A stretch of DNA of 64,000 nucleotides from Octopus bimaculoides (Eukaryota), in assembly GCF_001194135.2 (NCBI RefSeq), contig NC_068981.1:52798771-52862770 (forward strand). The letters are read 5' to 3'. A program made the position numbers and the translations under genes. Positions 52,222 to 63,220 of the stretch are shown in pieces (the stretch's first letter is position 1; every line of letters starts with the position of its first letter). The notes under the pieces are model-generated. The model saw nothing but the letters and a program-made list of their open reading frames with translations. It did no database searches and had not been told where the DNA came from.

Positions 52222-52832
52222 CAGGTCGATATACAAAGAATACTAAATACATTAAATGCAAAAGGTCTGGCTTAGATTAAAAATGATATCAAGAATTAAA
52301 GGGGTTGAAGTAGAGTTTTACAAATCCAACTGCTGTTTCTGGGGGCTCAGTGGTCCAAAATAATGGTTGTAAATTGATTCATTCGTCAGATGAAATGAGC
52401 CTTCGTCTTCAGGGAAGAAATCTTACATTTGAGATGTTGACAGAAAGGAGATTAAAGATGGAAAAATTTTTTAGTATTCTTATTAATCCCTAATGCTTGA
52501 AATTTATTTTCTTGCTATTCTCTATTTGAATACCTTGCTTATTCCCCACTCTAATGCACTTGGCTCTCCACAAAATCCTTGTATCTTTAATCTCCTTTCT
52601 ATCAACACCTCCCCTGAAGACGGAGGTTGTTCCATCTGAAGATGGAATCAATTTATAATCATTATTTTGGACCATTGAGCCTCAAGAGACAGCTGTTGGA
52701 TTTGTAATACTCTTCTCCAACCCCTTTAATTCTTGATATCATTTCTATTCTTTGTAGGTCGAATCTTTTGCATGGAAACATATATACATTTTTTGTATTT
52801 AATTTATTTAATATTCTTTGTATTTCGACCTG
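52222..52832. repeat. Long inverted repeat (about 240-250-bp arms, about 120-nt spacer)
   Basis: 52222-52459 is the diverged reverse complement of 52583-52832, e.g. ATGATATCAAGAATTAAAGGGGTTG / CAACCCCTTTAATTCTTGATATCAT. Confidence 0.9.
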
Positions 52833-52904
52833 TTTAGGAATTGATATTTGGTGCATGAGAGAGTTTCATGCAGCTAACCTCATCTACACTCTGGCTGCAA
52901 AGAT

Positions 52905-53560
52905 TGTAATTTTACCAAGTAGTTCGGTGTGTTAAAAAAACCATTATCGGTAATATTATATAGACATACACCGAAATACTTGGTAAAATTACTAATTATT
53001 TATTAATTATTAATTTTTGCCCTATATATGTAAGAATTTATTTACTCCCTGATAGTAAACTGCAGTTTCTGTAGGATTACTCATAGCGTATGTGGGTAAT
53101 TGAGGAATGATACGATTTTCTTACTCGTCTATATGAATGCGGAAATGCTGTTCCTAGATCATCGTTTGATGTCGCCTGATCAAATAAATTATTCTTTTAT
53201 TAGCATTCACTGATTTATAATTTTGAAATACTATACTGATGAAGGAAGTAAGTTCGGGTAATATAATTTACACCTCTTTAATCCTGAAATGCATATACAG
53301 TCAATCAAAGCCAGGTGGATTCGTTATATTTTCTTTTTTGCCTGTGTTAAGTCGCGAGTATTGCTGTCTGGGAGTTATATTTTGGTAAAGAAATAGTAGT
53401 TTTGACTGTTATTTCTAATTTTTGGTGTGTGGTGAAGCCATTCTTGCTGAACCCTAATTTTGATTATGTCTATATAAGTTTACCGATAATGGTTTTTTTA
53501 ACACACCGAACTTCTTGGTAATATTACTAGTTATTAATTAATTATTAATTTTTACCCTAT
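52905..53560 (+). mobile_element. Penelope-like non-autonomous element with inverted and direct terminal repeats
   Basis: 52912-52968 is an inverted copy of about 53465-53522; about 52969-53025 is a direct copy of about 53503-53560. CpG-rich relative to the intron and contains a hammerhead motif. Confidence 0.65.
53230..53301 (+). ncRNA. Minimal type I hammerhead ribozyme motif (sense, CAPS intron 6)
   Basis: ACTATA-CUGAUGA-AGGA...TCCT-GAAA-U-GC-A-UA^-TACAGT. Stem I pairs 5 of 6, stem II closes with AGGA/TCCT, stem III is the palindrome ATGCAT. Confidence 0.75.
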
Positions 53561-53700
53561 ATCTGTATATATTTGTATATATATACATATAAATATATTT
53601 TTTTTATATATGTGTGTGTGTGTGTGTGTATCATCATTACTTTTTAACATCTATTTTCCATGTGGGTTGATATATATTTCTTTTTTTCCTTGTTTTGTAG

Positions 53701-53840
53701 GTTGTGATTCGGCCCACTGCAAGCAGTAGCCGGCAACCAGAATGGTTTCAAATGCAAACCATTAAAAAAAATTGCCCCGATGATTTACGTATTAAAATAG
53801 CTGTTCGAATGGATAAGCCACAAAATATGAAACATTGCGG
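53701..53840 (+). CDS. CADPS: CAPS exon 7, end of C2 and linker ([47 protein letters not shown])
   Basis: Long polypyrimidine acceptor TTGTTTTGTAG|GTT, donor GG|GTAATT. Contains the [13 protein letters not shown]-x-G CAPS motif. 140 nt, phase 0 to 2. Confidence 0.96.
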
Positions 53841-55496
53841 GTAATTGCTTTACATTGAAAATTTCTAAATATGTATTATTTCTCATTAATCATTGTATTC
53901 ATTATTATTTTTATGTCCTTATTTCTTTTAGTGACAAATTATTTGCTTTTGTTTCATTAAAATTTTGATTTTATTACAGCCAATGTTGATTACATTTTAA
54001 TGTAAATACTTATTATGAACCAATAACTAACATCTGAAATAAAAATTTTCTGAAACATTCTATGATTGCATACAATAATTTGCGATTGAAGAAACACTAA
54101 GCCCACTAATTAGAATTGAAGTACATGTCTTTCACTTACAAACACACTTGTATATTATACATATTTTTTCTTATTTTATCAGCCTTTAAATAAGCTGATA
54201 ATGTTTAATGCACTTCCAATATATGGTGTTTGAAGCACTATATGTAGGCCCACAAGCATGTTTTTTTAAAATATTTTTTTTATATGTGTATGTGTGTTGC
54301 TTAACATAAATCCAGTGTATGGTTTTCAAAACCATTATATTATGCAAATGTGTCTATATATGTTTCTGTTCTTAGAGTTATCATATTTGCTGGCACATAA
54401 GATGTACCGTTATTTTACAAGTTTATTTTGTGGGAAAAATATTTAATGTTTCATCATACACTTATTGAAAGATATTTTGAAGTGATCTTGTAGGGGAAGA
54501 TATATGATTCTGTGCATGTTAACACGATGCTGTCACAGTATACTGGAATACAGTATGAAAGTATAAATTTATAAATAAACTACTGGATGTACTGTTTGAT
54601 CTTTCTGATCAGTGGTAGAGTTGTTTATATTTTAGTTGAGAGAGTTGCTATTCAGATAGTAAAACGTGTATTTTTGGCTATGGTGTTTTGTGTAACTGCA
54701 ATCAGCTATCAGTGTGGTGCATAACTACTATAGTTTTGTTGACATCCACTTTCTGCAAATAGCTGACAGGCAGATGAAAGTTTAAAATTCTTTTCATCTT
54801 TCTAGGAGAATTTTCATTTAGATAATAAAAACTGTTTCTTAAACATTACATTGTCATTAAATGATATATGACACATATCGAGTGTAGGCTATGCATGCTG
54901 AAGAAGGAGGAATAATGAGACGATGTGACCTCTCCCCCATAAGTGCTGATGAACCATAAGTAATTATTATTTGGAACATTTTGTGGTAATTTTTACACAT
55001 TTTGAAACAATGAATTAAAGGAAAGAAAACAAAAATCTCTTTATTGCAATTTAAAACAATTGCCAACTAGTATTTCCCACCTGTGAACAATTTCAACAGT
55101 TTTAGCATGAATATATAGATTAAAGATGTTTATTTTACTGTCATATAAGCTGTGAATCATTCACATATGACCATCTCATGCTGAATAATGCATCACGTTT
55201 ATTTACATTTTATGCGAACAATTGCAGAATTACAAGTGTTTTGTGTAACATTTGTTTTATTTTTTAGCTTTTTAGATGGTCATTGAGACTGTAATAGGAG
55301 TAACAGAATGGGGCTAATACAGTTAATTTCCTGTGCTGTTTGTTATACTTTTTGTCCCAATGATGTTTTAATCTATTTTCTAGCTTTATATAAATATTTT
55401 AACCCAGTCCTAAAGTAGCCTTCATAAATTGACCATGCAGGATGCAAAATAAAACATCAAAGACTGAATGGGGATTATTGAATCATTAGTTAAAAG

Positions 55497-56822
55497 ATGT
55501 AAATGCTGGCCAGAGTACAAGATAGTAGGGAGACATCTGACCCTTTTGAAGTCACAAATGGAGTGAAACAGGGGTGTGTTTTAGCTCCTACCCTGTTCTG
55601 TCTCATGTTCTCTGCAATGCTGACAGACGCTTTCGGAGACGCTGATGTGGGTATTGGAATCAGGTACAGATTTGATGGATCAGTTTTCAACCTCAGGAGG
55701 CTACGAGCAAAATCCAAAGTTACAACAGACACTATCAATGACTTCCTGTTTGCTGATGACTGTGCCCTAAACACTGCCTCTGAGGCGGACATGCAACGCA
55801 GTACAGACATATTCTCGGAAGCTTGTAACAACTTTGGTCTCACAATCAGTACCAAGAAGACCGAGGTGATGCACCAACCCGCTCCAGGAAAACTACATGT
55901 AGAACCCAACATTTCCATCAACGGGCAAAGATTCAATGCGGTTGACAAATTCACCTACCTTGGCAGTACACTTTCCCACAATGTAGTCATTGATGATGAG
56001 ATCAACACCAGACTCGCCAAAGCAAGTGNNNNNNNNNNACAACAGACACTATCAATGACTTCCTGTTTGCTGATGACTGTGCCCTAAACACTGCCTCTGA
56101 GGCGGACATGCAACGCAGTACAGACATATTCTCGGAAGCTTGTAACAACTTTGGTCTCACAATCAGTACCAAGAAGACCGAGGTGATGCACCAACCCGCT
56201 CCAGGAAAACTACATGTAGAACCCAACATTTCCATCAACGGGCAAAGATTCAATGCGGTTGACAAATTCNNNNNNNNNNACTACTTGGCATAAGCTGGCA
56301 GGAAAGGATACCAGACACAGAAGTCCTCACACATGCCGGGCTCCCAAGCATCCCTACCATCCTGATGAAAACTCAGCTTCACTGGGCTGGTCATGTAGCC
56401 CGCATGCCAGACTACAGAATACCCAAGAAGCTTCTGTTTGGTGAGCTCCAGCATGGCAAGCACTCCCATGGTGGCCAGAGGAAACGGTTTAAAGACAGTC
56501 TAAAGGTATCACTGAAGGCCTTCAACATTGACCCGTCATCATGGGAGCAGACAGCTTTAGATAGGACCAACTGGCGGGCCGCTGTTCACAACGGTGCTAA
56601 TATGAAAGTGACAGGAAAGCTGCTGCAGAGAAGCGCAGGTAGAACAGAAAGAACAATGCTTTGAAGCCCCCGATACCTGCTACCATTCCCTGTCCCTACT
56701 GCAGCAGATCTTTCCAAGCGTGGATTGGGCTTATCAGCCATCTCTGCGCTCACCGATGATGACCTCCTCACCCTCCTCTAGGATGATCAGATGGTCCTCG
56801 TCGTTCCGACAGACGAACAACT
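55497..56822 (+). mobile_element. 5'-truncated, relatively young RTE-clade (RTE-1/BovB-like) LINE
   Basis: Open frame GVKQGCVLAPTLF...FLFADDCAL...FGLTISTKKTEVM...FTYLGSTLS; QLHWAGHVARM; C-terminal CPYC...H...H zinc finger; 3' end GGTCCTCGTCG...GACGAAC. An internal duplicate between 10-N gaps is an assembly artefact. Confidence 0.95.
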
Positions 56823-56898
56823 TTACTTAGTTTTAAATTCAAATCTCACTAGACAAACTTTGCTTTTCACCCTTTAGGTTTGATGAAATTTGATTTAA

Positions 56899-57110
56899 CT
56901 CTTTATACACCAATCTGCCTGAGATCGACTCTGGTTCAATGATACAAATTTACTGTTTCTAAATTATAGCCTTCCACCAAAATATCATATTAATTTATGT
57001 TCAAAACACTAGATTAATAATGACAAAGTTATTTTACTAAATTCTTCATTATTTTAAAAATCAATTGAAACAGTGTGTATTTCAATAGAAATATGCTTTA
57101 TATAATATTC
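56899..57110. mobile_element. Possible piggyBac-like MITE remnant
   Basis: TTAA|CTCTTT left end; right end not recognisable. Confidence 0.3.
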
Positions 57111-58026
57111 TAATTTGTGTAACATTTTAACATTTCTGTGTAAATTGGTGAGTTACCCTTCATAAAGAATCCTATCTCTTTAATTCATTTATGTAATGCA
57201 AATATTTCTTTTACAAACAGATTTTGTTTTTCTCTTTTAACTTTGATCTTAAAGATATTGATTTGAAATATACTAAAACTGAAGATTACAATGTATAAAT
57301 AATATAAGATATGTTTAAATTAGTAANNNNNNNNNNNNNNNNNNNNNNNNNNNNNNNNNNNNNNNNNNNNNNNNNNNNNNNNNNNNNNNNNNNNNNNNNN
57401 NNNNNNNNNNNNNNNNNNNNNNNNNNNNNNNNNNNNNNNNNNNNNNNNNNNNNNNNNNNNNNNNNNNNNNNNNNNNNNNNNNNNNNNNNNNNNNNNNNNN
57501 NNNNNNNNNNNNNNNNNNNNNNNNNNNNNNNNNNNNNNNNNNNNNNNNNNNNNNNNNNNNNNNNNNNNNNNNNNNNNNNNNNNNNNNNNNNNNNNNNNNN
57601 NNNNNNNNNNNNNNNNNNNNNNNNNNNNNNNNNNNNNNNNNNNNNNNNNNNNNNNNNNNNNNNNNNNNNNNNNNNNNNNNNNNNNNNNNNNNNNNNNNNN
57701 NNNNNNNNNNNNNNNNNNNNNNNNNNNNNNNNNNNNNNNNNNNNNNNNNNNNNNNNNNNNNNNNNNNNNNNNNNNNNNNNNNNNNNNNNNNNNNNNNNNN
57801 NNNNNNNNNNNNNNNNNNNNNNNNNNNNNNNNNNNNNNNNNNNNNNNNNNNNNNNNNNNNNNNNNNNNNNNNNNNNNNNNNNNNNNNNNNNNNNNNNNNN
57901 NNNNNNNNNNNNNNNNNNNNNNNNNNNNNNNNNNNNNNNNNNNNNNNNNNNNNNNNNNNNNNNNNNNNNNNNNNNNNNNNNNNNNNNNNNNNNNNNNNNN
58001 NNNNNNNNNNNNNNNNNNNNNNNNNN

Positions 58027-58397
58027 TCATAGGATTTTCGAGCGAGATCGTTGCCAGTGCCCCTGGGCTGGCTGTTGTGTGGGTTACACGTGAAATTTTT
58101 CGAGCGAGATCGTTGCCGGTGCCCCTGAACTGGCTCTTGTGCGGGTGACACATGAAATGCACCATTTTGAGCATGGCCGTTGCCAGTACTACCTGACTGG
58201 CCTTCGTGCGGGTGACACGTAAAAGCAGCCACTACACTCTCGGAGTGGTTGGCGTTAGGAAGGTCATCCAGCTGTAGAAACTCTGCCAAATCAGATTGGA
58301 GCCTGGTGTAGCCATCTGGTTTCACCAGTCCTCAGTCAAATCGTCCAACCCATGCTAGCATAGAAAGCGGACGTTAAACGATGATGATGATGATGAC
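58027..58397 (+). mobile_element. SINE-like family B copy
   Basis: Subrepeats plus a (GAT)n tail; starts at gap 57327-58026. Confidence 0.9.
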
Positions 58398-58583
58398 TAC
58401 TATTTGGAATTTGTATAAATTAAAATTTCAGATCTAGATATGCTTAATATGAGATTTGTAATTGGAATGCTAAAGAATGGCCAGATATACATTTCATTCA
58501 CAAAAACCATTGATACACCAATATATTTCATAATTGTATTAATAAATTCTACATTGTTAAATATGAAAAAATACCAAAATATT

Positions 58584-59102
58584 AGTATTAATACCAGAAG
58601 GCAATCTTTGTATCCTACTTAACTTGGATGTGTGTTAGAAAATAGAACACTGCATTATTTACCTTGAGAGGAACTCAAGATGAATATTTATATCAAAGTA
58701 AATAATGCAGTATTCTGTGTTCAAACACAACTTCCAAGTTAAGATGGATATAAAGATTATCTTTTGGCATTAATACTGCTTCTGTTGCTATTATTTAGTT
58801 TTAATAAGCCTGCTGGCTATTTGCAACATCAGTGTCTCAATAGACACTGAAATTCTATATATTGTTAACAGGAAAATTTGGCTATTATATTGCTATCGGA
58901 CATCTACCACTGAGGAGCCCAGGCAGGGCAAAATCATGTGATCTGACAATTCTGGTGACCATAGCAGATGGTTCTCATCTATTATCAATATAAATATGAG
59001 TGCTTTTATGTACCATGATGAGAGGTCTTCTCAAGGTAAATAATGCAGTATTCTGTGTTCTAACACAACATCTAAGTTACGTTAGATATAAAGATTGCCT
59101 TT
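58584..59102. repeat. Three-copy ~80-bp module (one inverted, two direct) upstream of CAPS exon 8
   Basis: 58584-58670 is the reverse complement of both 58698-58777 and 59029-59102 (core GTAAATAATGCAGTATTCTGTGTTC-AACACAAC-TC-AAGTTA). Confidence 0.88.
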
Positions 59103-59156
59103 TAAAATGTTGTTATAAATATACTATACCTTTCAGTTTATTTTTTATAATTGTAG

Positions 59157-59223
59157 ATACCTGTTTGCTTTGGGGAAAAACGTTTGGAAAAAAAGCAAAA
59201 AAAGATATTTTGTTTTAGTTCAG
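59157..59223 (+). CDS. CADPS: CAPS exon 8, PH domain strands 1-2 (YLFALGKNVWKKSKKRYFVLVQ)
   Basis: Acceptor ATAATTGTAG|A, donor CAG|GTATAT. 67 nt, phase 2 to 0. Matches the CAPS GKNVWKxWKKR(F/Y)FVLVQ motif except for W>S. Confidence 0.92.
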
Positions 59224-59329
59224 GTATATTACTTTTTGTTATTACTTTTAACCACTTTTCAGTTGACCATATTCCTCCCTTATAAATTCATAATCTTGTA
59301 CCTTTGTAAGAAATTATCTTCATCATTAT

Positions 59330-59500
59330 TTAGTCTAGAGAGAAGTGTGTCAGTATCCATAGCCCTTCCAAGCCTTCACAGACTTGTGAAGTTAATGCAA
59401 TAGATGTTTTACAGGTTGATGACCAGAGGGAAACATAGATTGGGAGTGAGTTCCAGAAAGTAGCACTTCTAGGCAGGAAGGAAAAATTAGGTAAAGTGTT
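59330..59500 (-). mobile_element. CR1-like LINE 3' end remnant
   Basis: SFLPRSATFWNSLP motif typical of CR1-group RT C-termini. Confidence 0.55.
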
Positions 59501-60059
59501 TTGTATGGAGTTATTGAGTGAAATACAGTAGGGAAATATCAACAAGAATTTTGCTAATAAAAGCCTGATAATATCTGAAATTCATGAGATAAAAATGACT
59601 AAATGTTGCAAAAAAATGCTGCATGTGTGTCTCTTATTTATATATTTTATCCCCTTTTAATAAGAGAACCACATCTACTCAGAGATTCAGTGCTAACTGT
59701 AATGAAATGATCCCTTTAAAGAAAAATTGCTTTTATTATTTTTGTGCAAGCAGTAAGAATTATGATTCTCAGACAGTATAAAATTATGCTGAGGAGGATA
59801 GCAGCAAAAGAATGAGTTATGGTAACCTGTTGTATAAATGAATTGCTTTTTACTAATATCATATATTACCTGTTGCATTTAGCAATTCTGTTAATAAAGG
59901 CCCCTTATGTGATATTGCATAAATAATTTTTCTCAGGGTTCATTTGATGTTTTTTTTAGCCCTAAAACATCTCTGATCAAACAGGCCTATGATCAAAGAC
60001 ATTTTAGCTGTGACCTTCCCACCATTTATTGCTATTCTTACAGTTTTAAATAATGTCAG

Positions 60060-60720
60060 CTGTGATTCAAGGGATTTTTGTCTGCTTTTTTCATGGCACC
60101 AGCACTAGTGAAGTCACTATGCAGCTGATAAGAGTAAAACCCCTTTAACTGAGTGTGGATACAATTGTGAAGCAACATTATGCTAGGAGATGAGGATCTA
60201 AAGTATGAAAGAGGAGGTCAAAACAAGTTTTTTTTATGTAGAGGAGCTGCATGGCTGCTCTCATTATAACAGAAAAGGTGGAACTAACTGAGGTGAAGAT
60301 AGAAATAGATAAAAATACTGGTAAGGAAGTGAGTAGAGACAGAGAATAGGAAGCATATATGAATAGAGATTGCAAGGGTTATAAGAAGAGTGAGAGATGA
60401 TTAAAGTTAGAGAATGGGTGAGCAGATGAATATAATGAAGAATAAGTGTTGAGGAATAAGTAGGGAAGATTAAGTGACAACTGCAGAAATTAGTTTGGGT
60501 TGAGGGATGGGTGTAATGACTTGTGGATAAAGAGTTGGAGGTGACTTACGATACATATCTTTTTGGGAGGTAGCGGAGAACAGGGGATGATTGACAGTTT
60601 GTAAAAACAGGTGAAATGAAGAGCAGCAGAATCACAATAATGATAGTGTAGATAGGGAAAGGAAGAGAGAGAGAGAGAGGGAGAGGGAGCTGATCTGTGG
60701 TTGAGTAGTTTCATGAAGCA
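60060..60720 (-). mobile_element. Decayed LINE remnant (endonuclease-linker region)
   Basis: Purine-rich + strand with LINE-like degenerate translation on the minus strand; no intact motif. Confidence 0.35.
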
Positions 60721-61485
60721 GTGTTGGATAAAAATATAATCATGTACAACCATATTTAACACATTTCATGTCATACAATCCAATGATTCAGATCATAAAT
60801 CATAGTGGAATGTATCTTCGCACATTTTGTCTGTTAAGAAAATTTTTTCTGAGACTGTTTCTGCAACAAATGGTCTTTCCACGTTCAAATGTACACAAAT
60901 TTGTTAAATATGCTTGTATACACTTATATTTTATTTAGTGCTGCTTAGTATACTTCTAATTATTTAATTCTCACTTGACCAAGCTTTACTGTTTTTATAA
61001 TTAAGAATTATCATTCTTGTAGAGCTCTAAAAGACAATTCAGTATTCTTAGCTGACAACATTATTCATAGCTAACATATGGTAATATTCATAAGTGTTTA
61101 AGTAATGTTACAGATTGTTTCCAGTTAGTTTTGTTGTATACTATTGAACAGGTATGGTTGTGATATATCCACTGAAGAGAAATTTTGTCCTAAACTATAC
61201 ATCTCAGCCATGTTTTCAACTTTAAGCATTTCATTTCAATATTAAATTTTAGTTAATCTCATAACTTTAGTCTAAAGATGATAGTAGGACCTCTACATTT
61301 TTGTTGACACCAAAAGTCAGATAAATAGCAATTGCTCTCAAAATAACTCAACCAAATTCCAAAATTAGGCTTTTTACACTCTCTTTAAAGTTATTTCAAG
61401 CTTCATTAGTTTTCTTTTTGTTTTTTTTTGTTTTGAACTTCCAAAAAGTTGGACATTCCGTTAATAATTGTTAATTGCATTTTAG

Positions 61486-61594
61486 GTATCTCAATACACA
61501 TTTGCCATGTGTAGTTACAGAGAAAAAAAACCTGAACCTACAGAAATGATGCAACTTGATGGATTTACGGTAGACTACACTGAGCCCCATCCTG
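61486..61594 (+). CDS. CADPS: CAPS exon 9, PH domain ([36 protein letters not shown]); gene continues beyond window
   Basis: Acceptor GCATTTTAG|GTA, donor CCTG|[21 protein letters not shown] is a near-invariant CAPS PH motif. 109 nt, phase 0 to 1. Confidence 0.96.
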
Positions 61595-61899
61595 GTAAAT
61601 ACTACTATAATTTAGAATTAAAATTATCTTGTTTATTTATTTACTTAATATTTTTTGTACCTACTTAAATTGTATGGATCTAACTGGTATCAGAAGTCAG
61701 TTTGATTCTGTATTTGCACCTTCTTAGTCTTTCCACTACTTTATATTTTGGTTTTCTTCACTCTAGTTTTCAGCATATAATAATTTATAGAATTTATTCA
61801 GTTTTCACTCACCTCTTTTTATTAGGCTATGCCACTGTATACTCTTTTGTGAACTGGGTTGATATCATTTGTTTTTGTCATTTGTCTTAATGTTGTACT

Positions 61900-62490
61900 T
61901 CAAGTAAGTCACTTGTAGCTAATCTTGATTCAAGACACTTCATCTTATATTTTCATTTCATAAACGAGTCAAAATTTTCAAGATGTTCTCTGCTGACTCT
62001 ACTTATTCATTATACTCTCTAATCGCTATTCTCAACTCTTAAACGATAAAGATATCTCTTGATTCAGGGAATACACCATCAACATCCACACATCATTTGT
62101 ACAACTAGTTTTGCTAATGAAGTGTTAGCCTAAAGTGCAAGTCCTTCTTCAGACTACTTTGAATCCACAGGGTTTAGAGTAGATACTTTTATACAATTTC
62201 TGCTTTCACTACTTACTTAATTTTGAGTCGAATTTAATCTCTTTCTACATACTAAATCAAGGTCGCTATTTAGATTTTGCTTTATTTACTTTTTTTTTAA
62301 ACTCCAAACACATTTTCCAAGTTTCCAACTTCTTCTGCATTTCCTCTAGGGATTCATTGATGAGAACCAGGTCACTTGTATATAGAAGTTGCCATGGGAA
62401 TTCTGATGAAAGGGCTTCAATATCTGGAAGAAAAGTTGTGGGCTCAGAACCAAATTTTGGTGAATGTAGAATTCTTCTAAACAAGTTACT
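61900..62490 (-). mobile_element. RTE-like LINE RT remnant
   Basis: PWQLLYTSDLVLINESLEEMQKKLETWK...VNKAKSK corresponds to the degenerate PWELLYADDLVL motif. Confidence 0.75.
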
Positions 62491-63091
62491 AACCCTAGCC
62501 TGGCTTTTTGAATTTTAACATATTGATTTTTAGTTCATTTGTCCAAAAATAACTGTACTATAAAAATTGTGCAGTTTTTCTATTGATAGTTTGGTATTTC
62601 TCTTGTTGGCTCAATAGCAACATAATGTTTTTAGTTTATTCATCAATTCTATGCTTTTAGCATGCTGTAAATGCTTTAAAATCATCCTTTGTGTGATTAA
62701 TTCAACTAAATCTATTATCATCCCTTGTGACTAACTAACACTCATAGAAATCTAAATTATTGTTTAAAAAGGTACTGAAAATTGAAGACAATAATTCTGA
62801 GAAAAATATTCTAATGATTTTATTACGTATAAGCCAAAAAAAAAAAAACTAATGAAAATGATGGCTAAAATCCTTATTTTCCTAAATTAAATTTCAGTAA
62901 ATACAAAATTTTTCAAGACAGTGTAAAACGGAAACTCAACGTCGTCGGTAATATTACTTGTAGACTGAAGCAGTCATCATAATTTTAGTTGTTATTGATG
63001 TCAGTGAGGCTGCTGTTACAGTCATTATCATCAACATATTCATTATTATTGCTTTCTTTTTCTTTAATTTTTTTCTATTTATCGCCTCTTT

Positions 63092-63123
<32 letters not shown>

Positions 63124-63177
63124 ATACTACTACTACTGCTGCTGCTGCTGCTACTACTGCTACTACTGCTGCTGCTG

Positions 63178-63220
<43 letters not shown>

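Noticed and set aside
56039-56269. Exact duplicate of RTE RT sequence 55722-55952
   Set aside because: Bounded by two 10-N gaps and identical to the upstream copy; assembly artefact.
57311-58325. 260-336-aa ORFs
   Set aside because: Consist almost entirely of N-gap plus SINE sequence.
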